Positions 18,236 through 30,028 of a DNA stretch of 64,000 nucleotides are shown in pieces. The notes under the pieces are model-generated. The model did not search any database, was not told the origin of the DNA, and saw only the letters and a program-made list of their open reading frames with translations. Position 1 is the stretch's first letter. Every line of letters begins with the position of its first letter. This stretch comes from an uncultured delta proteobacterium (GTDB taxonomy: Bacteria > Myxococcota > Myxococcia > Myxococcales > Myxococcaceae). The position numbers and the translations under genes were made by a program. Where the stretch lies: contig CAVZMH010000016.1 in assembly GCA_963776345.1 (NCBI GenBank), forward strand, positions 1 through 64,000, given 5' to 3'.

Positions 18236-19552
18236 TCAGCGCGAACGAAGCTCGGAGGACACCTCCCCGGCTTCCAGGGCTCGGCGCTGCTCCCGGCCGA
18301 GGAGCGCTCGCCAGAGCACCGCCGCCCAGAGGAGCAGCGCGGTCAGCTCCAGCACGCCGCTCACCGGGATGACGTGGAAGGCGTGCGGCGTCCAGTCGGA
18401 GCCGACCTGGAGGCTCACCCTCAGGAAGCACCCCAGGTTGAGGAGCAGCAGCGTCGGCCGGAGCGTGGCGCCGCGCGGCGTGAGCGGCACCACCAGCGTG
18501 GAGACGCCCACGATCATCTGCGACACGAAACCCACCGTGACCGCGTGGCGGATCGCCCCGTAGTAGGCATGGCTGAAGGGAAGCCCGCTGAGGACCTGGT
18601 ACACCGGGAGAAAGAGCAGCATCAGCAGCGACAGCCCGAGCCAGGCGTAGGCGAGGCGGACGAAGCGGGCGCTGCGTTCGTTCCGGGGCGGACTCCGCCA
18701 GAGCCTCCAGGGCAGCACCACCACCGCGCATCCCAACGCCAGCAGCACCCAGCCGAGGAAGAGCCCCCCGGCCCAGCGGTGGTCGCCCGTCAGGCGGAGG
18801 GCGATGAAGAGCGTCGACTCGAGAACGAGGCCCAGGGCGATCGCCCCGAGCCCGAGCCAGCCCCTGCGGGCGCTGGTGGACGGAAACCCCAGGAACGCCG
18901 GGAAGAAGCGCTGCGAGACCCCGAGGATCATGCAGAGCGCGAGGCCGTGGATCTGGAGGTCCCGGAGCGGGGCCTGGAACGTCGCGACCTGGTACAGCAG
19001 CGCGTCCCTGCTCGGGGCGACCATCGTCCGCCAGGTGTGCCAGCCGTCGAAGAGGGCCTGCCCGACGAAGGACAGCACCGCGAGGAAGACGAAGCCCATC
19101 CAGGGCTGGAAGCGCTCCAGGCTCCGGCGGAAGGTGAGCAGGAGCATACCGGCGAACAGCACGGTCGCGGCGATCTGCAGCGCGCTCCCGGCCAGCGCCA
19201 GCGGCGGGCCGGACACCCCGAGCGGCACGCTCATCGCCACCGAGCGGAGCACCACGCCCGCGAGCATCGCGGCCAGCGGAACCAGCCGCCACCGCCGGCC
19301 GGCGAGGCGCGCGTGCCACACCGGAGGGAACATCTGGAGCGCGAAGCCCATGATGAACAGCCCCACCCAGCCGTCGATCTGCGCCTGGCCGTGGGCGTTG
19401 ACGTCCTGGATGGAGACCCCCGTGAATCGTCCGGTCACGCCGACCTGCCAGAGGAGCCACACGCCCCACCCTGCCCCCACGGTGATGACGGTGGCGATCC
19501 CGGCGGCGAAGTACCGATGGTGGAGCGGATGCTCCGCGGGAGGCGCGCTCAT
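18236..19552 (-). CDS. NnrS-family membrane protein
   Basis: About 12 TM, AHGQAQIDGWVGLFIMG, GAIRHAVTVGF. Confidence 0.7.
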   Translation of the reverse strand: MSAPPAEHPLHHRYFAAGIATVITVGAGWGVWLLWQVGVTGRFTGVSIQDVNAHGQAQIDGWVGLFIMGFALQMFPPVWHARLAGRRWRLVPLAAMLAGVVLRSVAMSVPLGVSGPPLALAGSALQIAATVLFAGMLLLTFRRSLERFQPWMGFVFLAVLSFVGQALFDGWHTWRTMVAPSRDALLYQVATFQAPLRDLQIHGLALCMILGVSQRFFPAFLGFPSTSARRGWLGLGAIALGLVLESTLFIALRLTGDHRWAGGLFLGWVLLALGCAVVVLPWRLWRSPPRNERSARFVRLAYAWLGLSLLMLLFLPVYQVLSGLPFSHAYYGAIRHAVTVGFVSQMIVGVSTLVVPLTPRGATLRPTLLLLNLGCFLRVSLQVGSDWTPHAFHVIPVSGVLELTALLLWAAVLWRALLGREQRRALEAGEVSSELRSR

Positions 19553-20007
19553 CGTCGACCTCCGCCCGACACCCGGCGCCCGCGCGGCTCCTCGCAGAGC
19601 GGCCGGCTGCCCTGGGGATCGTCCAGGATGTCCGCCAGCGACGAGGCCCGGAACGCGGTCTCGACCGAGGCGATCGCCTGGTCGAGCCTCCGGTGCAGGG
19701 GGCAGAGGTTCGCCCCGTGTGTCCGGAGCCGGAGCGGGCAGACCTCGATCCGCTTCAGAGGGTCCACCGCCTGGACCACGTCGAGCACCGAGATCTCCGC
19801 CGGGGCACGGGCCAGCACCGAGCCCCCGTTCGGGCCGCGCTGCGAGCGAACCAGGCCCGCACGCGAGAGCTGCCGGAGCACCTTGGCCAGGTAGCCTTCG
19901 GGAATCCGGGTGGTCCGGGCCAGCTCCGGGATGGTGACCGCCTCGCCACGCTGACTCGCCAACTGGACCACCAGGCGGAGCGCGTATTCGGTCGTCTGGG
20001 AGAGCAT
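19549..20007 (-). CDS. Rrf2 family transcriptional regulator
   Basis: SQTTEYALR, YLAKVL..L, SQRGPNGG, three Cys; ATGA overlap with next gene. Confidence 0.92.
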   Translation of the reverse strand: MLSQTTEYALRLVVQLASQRGEAVTIPELARTTRIPEGYLAKVLRQLSRAGLVRSQRGPNGGSVLARAPAEISVLDVVQAVDPLKRIEVCPLRLRTHGANLCPLHRRLDQAIASVETAFRASSLADILDDPQGSRPLCEEPRGRRVSGGGRR

Positions 20008-20022
20008 GACGGAGACGCTACC

Positions 20023-20048
20023 AATTCTGGATAATGACCTCCAGAGTT
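20023..20048. promoter_or_regulatory. Candidate Rrf2 operator (AATTCTGGA-N8-TCCAGAGTT)
   Basis: AT-rich 9-bp inverted repeat with 1 mismatch, 16 nt upstream of the Rrf2 start. Confidence 0.6.
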
Positions 20049-20092
20049 ATCGGACGCTCCGTGGCCCGGGCATCGAGGACCGGCGGAGGGTG

Positions 20093-20455
20093 TCAGCGGC
20101 TTCGACCGTCGAACTCCGTCACCCGGAACTGGCCGGGCTCGAAGCCATCGAGGCAACGCACGTTCACCGCGATCATCGGCTGGCCATCCCGGCCGACGCC
20201 GCGGGCGAATGACTTGATGCCGCAGGTCCGGCAGAACAGGTGATGGATGCTGTGCCTGTTGAACAGGTAGTCCGTGGTCGCATCCTCGCCACGCTCGAGC
20301 TGGAACCGCGACGCCGGAACGAAGCTCAGGAGGGTGCCGGCCCTGCCGCACATCGAGCAGTTGCAGCTCAACGCGGTGGCCTCCCGGTCGATCTCCACCG
20401 TGTACCGCACCGCTCCGCAGTGACAGCTTCCTCGCCTCGTCTCCGTCTCCGCCAT
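20093..20455 (-). CDS. GFA (Mss4-like/CENP-V) family protein
   Basis: GSCHCGAV, CNCSMC, FCRTCG, VNVRCL. Confidence 0.92.
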   Translation of the reverse strand: MAETETRRGSCHCGAVRYTVEIDREATALSCNCSMCGRAGTLLSFVPASRFQLERGEDATTDYLFNRHSIHHLFCRTCGIKSFARGVGRDGQPMIAVNVRCLDGFEPGQFRVTEFDGRSR

Positions 20456-20573
20456 GGTTGCCTCCGGTCGCCCGGAAGTTGTGCATCGTCCAGCGCTGAC
20501 TTCAACCCTCGGTCGGGCTGTCTTCGCCGAGGCTTCCGGTTAGAGTTCCCGTCCGCAGGAAGAGGAGCCCCCC

Positions 20574-21194
20574 GTGAGCGAGAAGAAGCCCGAGACCACG
20601 CCGACCGCCGGACCGACCCCCTTCACCCCCATCGATCAGCTTCTCTTCGAGTCCCGGACGGTGTTCGTCAGCGGCGAGGTCAACGCCGATCTGGCCCTGC
20701 GGGTGAACCGCCAGCTCCTGGCCCTGGAGCGCACCAACCCCACCGCGCCCATCGTCCTCTGGGTGGACTGCCCGGGGGGCGAGGTCTACTCGGGGTTCGC
20801 CATCTACGACACCGCCCGCTTCATCACCCCGCGGATCGTGACCGTGGTGGCCGGCTTCGCCGGGAGCATGGGCTCGGTCATCGCCCTGGCGGCGGAGAAA
20901 GAGGACCGGGTGGCCCTCCCCAATGCCAAGCTCCTCATCCACCAGCCCCTGGTGGGCGGGGTCATCCACGGCTCGGCCAGCGACCTCGAGATCCACGCCC
21001 GGGACATCATCGAGCTGAAGAAGAAGATGCACCGGCTCTACGCCGAGCGCACCGGCACGCCCCAGGAGCGCTTCGTAGATCTCATGGAGCGCGACCGGTG
21101 GATCGACCCGCCGGCGGCCATCGACCTGGGTCTCATCTCCAAGGTGGTCAGCACCCGGAAGGAGCTGGACACGCTCCTCCAGCGCACGCACTAG
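20574..21194 (+). CDS. clpP: ATP-dependent Clp protease proteolytic subunit (ClpP paralog)
   Basis: PGGEVYSG, AGSMG (Ser), IHQPL (His), MERDRW (Asp). Confidence 0.88.
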   Translation: MSEKKPETTPTAGPTPFTPIDQLLFESRTVFVSGEVNADLALRVNRQLLALERTNPTAPIVLWVDCPGGEVYSGFAIYDTARFITPRIVTVVAGFAGSMGSVIALAAEKEDRVALPNAKLLIHQPLVGGVIHGSASDLEIHARDIIELKKKMHRLYAERTGTPQERFVDLMERDRWIDPPAAIDLGLISKVVSTRKELDTLLQRTH

Positions 21195-21225
21195 ACGCCC
21201 CGTCGATCCGCAGCCGCTGCGGCGG

Positions 21226-22731
21226 TCAGCCGGCGAGGCTCTCCAAGTAGGTCACGTGGCTGTTCACCGCGCCGTCGAGCCCGCCCACCTTCGGGTTGCT
21301 GGACTCGATGACGAAGTACTCGTCCGGCGCGTGCGCCCCCGAGCCGTGCCCGAGCCCGTAGTGTCCGGCCGGGAGCGCGAGCGGCTTCCCGGTGAAGAGG
21401 TAGCCCGGCCATGAGCCGCCGTTCCGCGGCCAGAGCAGCGGGTCGATGCCCGCCCGCCGGTACGCCGCGTCCATCGTCCGGATGAAGGTCGAGTCGGCCG
21501 GAGTGGTGGTCGGGTCGTAGCCCCCGCTCATGTTCACCTCGAGATCGCCGAAGCCGCGCTTCTCGAGATGCGCCTTCAGCGCCGCCAGCGCGCCCTCGGC
21601 GGTCATGTCCGGCACGAGCCGGAGGTCGAGCTTGGCCACTGCGCGGGCCGGGAGCATCGTCTTCCCGCCGGGGCCGGTGTACCCGCCGACCAGGCCCTCG
21701 ATGTTCACCGTGGGCCGGCCGCAGAAGCGCTGCAGCGCGCGCTCCCAGTCCTCGTCGCGGAGCCACCGCCTGGCGCCGAGCAGCTCCTTGGCCCTGACCT
21801 CGCTCATGCGCCGGGCCGCGCTCTGGACCATCTGCAGCTCGGCGGCGGAGAGCGGTCGCGCCGCGTCGGCGAACCCGTCGATGGCCGGCTCGGCGCCGTC
21901 GGGGGTGACCAGCGTGGCCAGCGCCTGGACCAGGTGGAACGCCGGGCTGTCCAGCCGGGCGCGGTTGGCGCTGTGGACGTCCTTCGACGGACCACGTCCC
22001 CAGCGCGCGCCGCTCGCCACCAGCTCGAGCTCGATGATGCCCTTGGCGCCGAGGCTGATCGACACCTCGCCGTCCGGGTCCTGCGCCGCGGTGGGCATGA
22101 AGACGCCGATCGACCTGGCCAGGGCGGCGGCGATGTCCGGACGCCGCACCACCTCGCCGAAGTGGGGCGAGCCGATCTCCTCCTCCCCCTCGGCGACCAG
22201 GACCAGGTTGACCGGAAGCCGTCGCTTCGCGGTCCGGTAGGCGTGGAGCGCGGCGAGGAACGCCGCCTCCGGGCCCTTCTGGTTCACCGCGCCCCGGCCC
22301 ACGACGACCTTGCCGAAGCGCGGCCGGTCCACCAGCCGGGCCTCGAAGGGAGGCGAGCTCCACTCGGCCGGGTCGGCCTGCTTCACGTCGTACATGAAGT
22401 AGAGCGCGAGCGTCCTCCTCGCCCCGGCATCCAGGGTGGCGAAGACGCCCGGCTTGCCCGAGGTCTCGACGCGCTCCACCTTCTGGAACCCGGCGTCGCG
22501 GAGCAGCTGGAGGAAGAAGGGCAGCCCCGTCTCGTAGCCACGGCTCTCGGCGGCGATGCAGGGCTCGCGGATCCAGGCCTGGAGCCGCTGCACCGCCTCG
22601 TCGTGCCGGCGGGCGATCTCCGCCGCGAGAGGTCCGGAGGGAGCAGCCGCCAGAGCGAGCCGGGGCCAGGAGGCTGCCGCCGCCGTTCCGACCGCGGCGC
22701 CAAGGAGGGTCCGACGCGAGACGTGGGTCAT
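21226..22731 (-). CDS. M20/M25/M40 family metallopeptidase with Tat signal
   Basis: SRRTLL twin-Arg; YDVK, GRGAVNQKG, EGEEEIGS, AHAPDE; ATGA overlap with upstream gene. Confidence 0.88.
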   Translation of the reverse strand: MTHVSRRTLLGAAVGTAAAASWPRLALAAAPSGPLAAEIARRHDEAVQRLQAWIREPCIAAESRGYETGLPFFLQLLRDAGFQKVERVETSGKPGVFATLDAGARRTLALYFMYDVKQADPAEWSSPPFEARLVDRPRFGKVVVGRGAVNQKGPEAAFLAALHAYRTAKRRLPVNLVLVAEGEEEIGSPHFGEVVRRPDIAAALARSIGVFMPTAAQDPDGEVSISLGAKGIIELELVASGARWGRGPSKDVHSANRARLDSPAFHLVQALATLVTPDGAEPAIDGFADAARPLSAAELQMVQSAARRMSEVRAKELLGARRWLRDEDWERALQRFCGRPTVNIEGLVGGYTGPGGKTMLPARAVAKLDLRLVPDMTAEGALAALKAHLEKRGFGDLEVNMSGGYDPTTTPADSTFIRTMDAAYRRAGIDPLLWPRNGGSWPGYLFTGKPLALPAGHYGLGHGSGAHAPDEYFVIESSNPKVGGLDGAVNSHVTYLESLAG

Positions 22732-24209
22732 GAAGCGGGCGAGTCTCGGCTCCCCGCTCCCGGGCTGTCGAGGAAATCCGGGTTGGCCACCATCACCACC
22801 GCGATCCCGCCCCGCCGCGCGACATTGACCACCTGCTCCTGAGAGGCCCGGGCGGTGAGCGACAGCCCTTCGTCGGTCGGCGCCAGGCCCAGCACCACGT
22901 AGAACGGCTCGAGACGGACTCCACCGTCGGGGGCGAGCACCGGGAACTCGTGCACCGGAAGGGGGACCCGCTGCTGGACCACCCAGGCGTCCGGCTCGCC
23001 CACGGCACTGGCGATGGCCTGCTCCCAGGCGGCCTGCGTTCGCTGCGCCCCGATGCAGACTCCGGTCCCTCCGTAGCCGCGGTTCGGCTTCAGCACCAGG
23101 AGCTCGCGCTCGGAGCGGATGAACTCGAGGAGATCGCCCTCGCTGCCGTCCGCGAGCTGGGTCCGCCGCTCGCGCACCAGCCGCGTCCAGGGGACGTGGC
23201 GCCGGAAGACCTGCCGCTCGGCAGGCGTGAAGTGCCGCTCGACGAGGACCGGATCGGTGAACACCTCCCACATGCCCTTCTGCTCCAGCTCTGCGGCGAT
23301 GGAGGAGACCATGCGGTTCTGGGCGAGCAGCGCGCGCATCGGCGTCACGTCCACGCCGCGCCGGCTCAGCTCCCGGAGCTCCTCCACCGAGTAGTCGCGG
23401 TAGCCCAGGTCCACCGCCGCACCCTCGAAGAGCACCTCCTCGCCGTCGAGCACCAGCTCGCTCGGGTCGGCGTGACAGATCTCGACCCCGAAGCGGCGGT
23501 GGAGGTGCTCGGCCACGAGCGTCTGCTCCTCAGGCCCGCTGTCCGCCCAGCGCGGCTCGATGAAGCAGAGGCGACGTGCCGGCCGGCCGAGGGCCTCGAG
23601 GTGCTCCAGCATCTGACCAGCGAGGAGATCCCGGACGTCCTGGACCAACGTGAGCCGGAGCGAAGGGTCGGCCCGGCCGAGCACCGATCCCATCCGTCGC
23701 TCGAGGATGCGCGCGGCGGTGGGGAGCATGTGCAGGCCTCCCACGCCGGTCAGGTTCGGCTCGAGGAACTGGAGCGTGCTCTTCCACTGCGCGCTCTCGA
23801 AGAGCCCCGCCGCATCCAGCCGGCCGAAGACCGGGTTGGAGCGGGCGTGGCGCGGGCCCCAGCAGCTCCGGATCCACTCCGCATCTCCGTGCGGCACCGG
23901 GAGCGCGGCGCGGACGTCGCGGTCGGCCAGCCACGGCTCGACCAGCCGTCGGGTCGCGTCGTGCAGCGCCAGCGCCGTCGCGTGGAGGTACTGCACCTGC
24001 TCCGGGAGGACCGTGAGCGGCGCCGGGAGGATGGCGACCTCCTCGGCCCGTCCCTCGTGCAGGTAGATCAGGGTTGCCGCCCGGGCGTCCTCGTCGATCC
24101 GGTGGAGCAGATCGCGCATCCGCTCCGGGGCGACCCCGAGCAGCGCCGCCCGGAGCCGGGCGCCGACCCGCCGGCTCGCCAGCCCCAGCTCCTCCGCGGG
24201 CGTCTGCAT
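22728..24209 (-). CDS. Circularly permuted ATP-grasp (glutathionylspermidine synthase-like) ligase
   Basis: GRLD, FLEPN..GVGG, LVLKPNRGYGGTGV.IG, WVVQQ, VNVARRGG; start uncertain. Confidence 0.75.
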   Translation of the reverse strand: MQTPAEELGLASRRVGARLRAALLGVAPERMRDLLHRIDEDARAATLIYLHEGRAEEVAILPAPLTVLPEQVQYLHATALALHDATRRLVEPWLADRDVRAALPVPHGDAEWIRSCWGPRHARSNPVFGRLDAAGLFESAQWKSTLQFLEPNLTGVGGLHMLPTAARILERRMGSVLGRADPSLRLTLVQDVRDLLAGQMLEHLEALGRPARRLCFIEPRWADSGPEEQTLVAEHLHRRFGVEICHADPSELVLDGEEVLFEGAAVDLGYRDYSVEELRELSRRGVDVTPMRALLAQNRMVSSIAAELEQKGMWEVFTDPVLVERHFTPAERQVFRRHVPWTRLVRERRTQLADGSEGDLLEFIRSERELLVLKPNRGYGGTGVCIGAQRTQAAWEQAIASAVGEPDAWVVQQRVPLPVHEFPVLAPDGGVRLEPFYVVLGLAPTDEGLSLTARASQEQVVNVARRGGIAVVMVANPDFLDSPGAGSRDSPAS

Positions 24210-24433
24210 GCCGGGGCGACCGGCGAGCAAGACCGATGCCTCCAGGCAACTCCGGGCAGTTGCGCGGGTCCGGCCCCGCAAGCTTTGCGCGAGCGCCTCG
24301 TCCGAGCTCACGGACGGCCGGGGGGCCACGCGCGCCACGATGGGTCCGTCTTCTCGTGTCGTGAAGCGCAGCCGAGCGCCAGGAGCCCGCTTCCGCTCCG
24401 TCCCGGCCCTGGTCCAAGCTGAGGCCCCCGACC

Positions 24434-25279
24434 ATGCACCTTCGTCCCCTCCTCGCCTCGTGTTTCGCGCTCGGCCTGGTGGCCTGCGCGCTGAACTCCG
24501 GAACGCCGCCACCGTCCCCGGAGCGGTTGCGGCCCACCTGCGCCGACGTGGAGATGGACGCCTGCATCGCCGAGTTGGTCACCGTCGCCCCGCAGGAGCT
24601 CCCCGGGCTCGACGCGACGGAGATCGGCGCGCTGCTCGCCGACCGCCGGCCGGTCCCCGTGCGCTGCATCCTCCGCGAGGCGGGCACGGTCGAGACCTGC
24701 CACGTGCTGGACCCCCGCGGGTTTCCGTTCGACACGTCGATCGAGCAGTGGCTCCAGCGCCGGCGGTACGCCCCGGTGACCTACAAGGGGAAGCCGGTGC
24801 TCGTCCCCTACACCTTCCTGGTCTCGTTCACCCCGCCGCCCAACGAGATCGCCCGGACCTCCGCGGTGCGCCTCGCGGTCTTCCAGGCGCTTCTGGCACG
24901 GCTGCGCGGGCCTGCGGTGGACGCCGGCGCCGCGGCGCGACCGCTGCTCTGCGTGGGCATCGGGGACGACGTGGCCGACCCTCCCAGGGGCGAGATGGAC
25001 GCGCTCGCCCGGGCCGGTGCTCAGGTGGAGCCCGCCTCGAGCTGCTGGGGCCTGATGCAGACCGTCGGCGGGGCGGCTCCGTTCGGGAGCGTGGTGGTCC
25101 GCGACGTCCGATTCGAGCGGCCGGACGTGGCAGAGGTCCGGGCCGAGCTCGGCGTCTCCGGGCAGAGCCCGGACTACCTCGTGCTGCGGGTCAGCCGCCT
25201 GGGAGGCCGGTGGCTGGTGGAGGAGCTGCCGCCTCGTGCGGACGCCGGGACCGCTCGACCGGATGCCGGGCTGCGCTGA
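24434..25279 (+). CDS. Lipoprotein with internal TonB C-terminal-like domain
   Basis: Lipobox LVAC; I...GTV..C.VL...RRYAPVTYKGKPV.VPYTF.VSF. Confidence 0.6.
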   Translation: MHLRPLLASCFALGLVACALNSGTPPPSPERLRPTCADVEMDACIAELVTVAPQELPGLDATEIGALLADRRPVPVRCILREAGTVETCHVLDPRGFPFDTSIEQWLQRRRYAPVTYKGKPVLVPYTFLVSFTPPPNEIARTSAVRLAVFQALLARLRGPAVDAGAAARPLLCVGIGDDVADPPRGEMDALARAGAQVEPASSCWGLMQTVGGAAPFGSVVVRDVRFERPDVAEVRAELGVSGQSPDYLVLRVSRLGGRWLVEELPPRADAGTARPDAGLR

Positions 25280-25353
25280 GGAGGCCCGGCCTTACCTTCG
25301 GGCGCGATCGGGGGTTCGATCTATCAGCCACCGTTTTTCTGGAGATCTCCGTC

Positions 25354-25755
25354 ATGCGTCACCTCTTCCCTTCCCCGTCCGTTCTGTTCCTGGTCGCCGG
25401 GCTCGGCACGTTCGCCGCGCTGGCGCAGCCTGCTCCGGCCGCCACGCCCCCCGCGCGTCCGTGCGACGCCGACCTGGCCCGGCTCTGTCCGGGCGTGCAG
25501 CCCGGGCACGGCCGGATCCGCGCTTGCCTGGAGGGCAAGACCGACCAGATCTCTCCCGAGTGCAAGGCCCACCTCGACCAGGGCCGGCAGCACCTCCGGG
25601 CCGTCGAGCAGGCCTGTCAGGGCGACGTGGCGAAGTTCTGCGCCGACGTGAAGCCCGGCGCTGGCCGCCTCGGCGCGTGTCTCCGTGCGCACGAGTCCGA
25701 GCTCAGCGAGGCATGCAAGGCGCAGCGACCCCCGCCCCCGGCCCCGAAGCCGTAG
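25354..25755 (+). CDS. Secreted cysteine-rich repeat (GLG1/Cys_rich_FGFR-like) protein
   Basis: Two C..D....C..V.PG.GR...CL......S..CK repeats; signal peptide. Confidence 0.8.
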   Translation: MRHLFPSPSVLFLVAGLGTFAALAQPAPAATPPARPCDADLARLCPGVQPGHGRIRACLEGKTDQISPECKAHLDQGRQHLRAVEQACQGDVAKFCADVKPGAGRLGACLRAHESELSEACKAQRPPPPAPKP

Positions 25756-25771
25756 TCCCCGGCTGGACCGC

Positions 25772-26773
25772 TCAGGGTGGGGAGGGCCGGCGGCGCGGCG
25801 CCGCGGACTGCGGAGGGCCCGGCGGAAGCGCGTAGAACTCGCCCAGGGCGGTCCGGATGCCCCGCGCCGTGCGCGCCGGGGTGCGGCCGAGCAGCACCAG
25901 CGCGTCCAGCCCCGCAGGATCGAGCCACAGCTCGTACGCCGGGGCAGCGCCGCTGCCTCCCACCCCCACCGCGCGCTCCTCGCCCCGGGTGCGGACGAAG
26001 AAGCCATACCCCACGTCGGAGCCCGGGCCGAGCGGGAGCCGCGGCGCCCAGAGCGCGTCGCGGGTGGCCGGGCCGAGCAGCTTCCCCGACCGCAGCGCGT
26101 CGATGAGCCGGAACTGGTCCTCGAGCGTCGTCGTCCCCTGCGCGAGCTCCGGACAGACCGGGCTCGGCCCGAGCGAGGTGCTCGCCATCCCCGCGGGGGC
26201 CGTCACCCGGGACTCCACGAAGCGCCGGAACGGCTCCCCCGAGACTTCGGTGATCAGCCGCTCCACCAGGAGCCAGGGACGCTCGTCCTCCGGATCCACC
26301 CGCGTCCCGGGCGGAGCTCCGAGCGGCACCTTGCCCGCCGCCTCGAGGCGTTGCTCGAGCGATTCGCCGGTGGTGCGCGCCAGCCCCGACGAGTCGGTCA
26401 GGAGATTGGACACGGCGAGAGCGGCGAAGGAGGTGCCCGCCATCGACGGGAGTCGCCGCTCCAGCCGGTCCTCGAATCCCAGCTTGCCGCCCTCCACCAG
26501 GATGCCGACGGCCACCGCCGCCAGCACCCGTCGGCCCGCGCCGAGCGGAAGGCATCCGGCCTCGCCGAAGGTCCGGTCGATCTCCGGCTTGCCGCCGTGC
26601 AGGACACGCACCTGTCCCTCGAAGCCGTCGTTGGTTCCGATGCGCTCCACGTCCGAGCGCAGCGCGAGCAACCAGTCGTCACGCTGCTCCACCTTCGCCG
26701 CCTCCCGCGGCGACGGCGCGTGCGAGCACCCCACCGACGCGAGCAGCACCGCTGCGAGGGTGGTCCGGCGCAC
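25772..26773 (-). CDS. Beta-lactamase/serine hydrolase-fold lipoprotein lacking SxxK
   Basis: GFEGQV.V, NLLTDSSGL, P.GM.ST, GYGFFV; lipobox SVGC. Confidence 0.7.
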   Translation of the reverse strand: MRRTTLAAVLLASVGCSHAPSPREAAKVEQRDDWLLALRSDVERIGTNDGFEGQVRVLHGGKPEIDRTFGEAGCLPLGAGRRVLAAVAVGILVEGGKLGFEDRLERRLPSMAGTSFAALAVSNLLTDSSGLARTTGESLEQRLEAAGKVPLGAPPGTRVDPEDERPWLLVERLITEVSGEPFRRFVESRVTAPAGMASTSLGPSPVCPELAQGTTTLEDQFRLIDALRSGKLLGPATRDALWAPRLPLGPGSDVGYGFFVRTRGEERAVGVGGSGAAPAYELWLDPAGLDALVLLGRTPARTARGIRTALGEFYALPPGPPQSAAPRRRPSPP

Positions 26774-26796
26774 CGAACCCCTCGTCCCGCGAGCGG

Positions 26797-28347
<1,551 letters not shown>

Positions 28348-28372
28348 TTGGCTCGCTCGTTCCGCCAGTTGA

Positions 28373-28479
28373 TACCGTGTTGCGGCCGCCGCGACCTCGA
28401 CGACGATCGCCACTCGAGGGTCTCTACTGTCGATCTCGAGCGCGGCCGCCCTGACTACTGTGTTGCGGCCGCCGTGACC
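28373..28479. repeat. Pair of 24-bp direct repeats in the guaB-guaA spacer
   Basis: taccgtgttgcggccgccgcgacc (28373-28396) vs tactgtgttgcggccgccgtgacc (28456-28479), 22/24 identical. Confidence 0.7.
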
Positions 28480-29946
<1,467 letters not shown>

Positions 29947-30028
29947 CTATACGCCGCACCCCGGACAAATGCCAACCGGGGCCCGCCGTGAGCCCGGACT
30001 TTCCCGAGCGCTGGCAGGCGCTTAGCTG

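Noticed and set aside
28373..28479. Mini-CRISPR array
   Set aside because: Only two repeats, a 59-nt spacer and no cas genes; kept as a plain repeat
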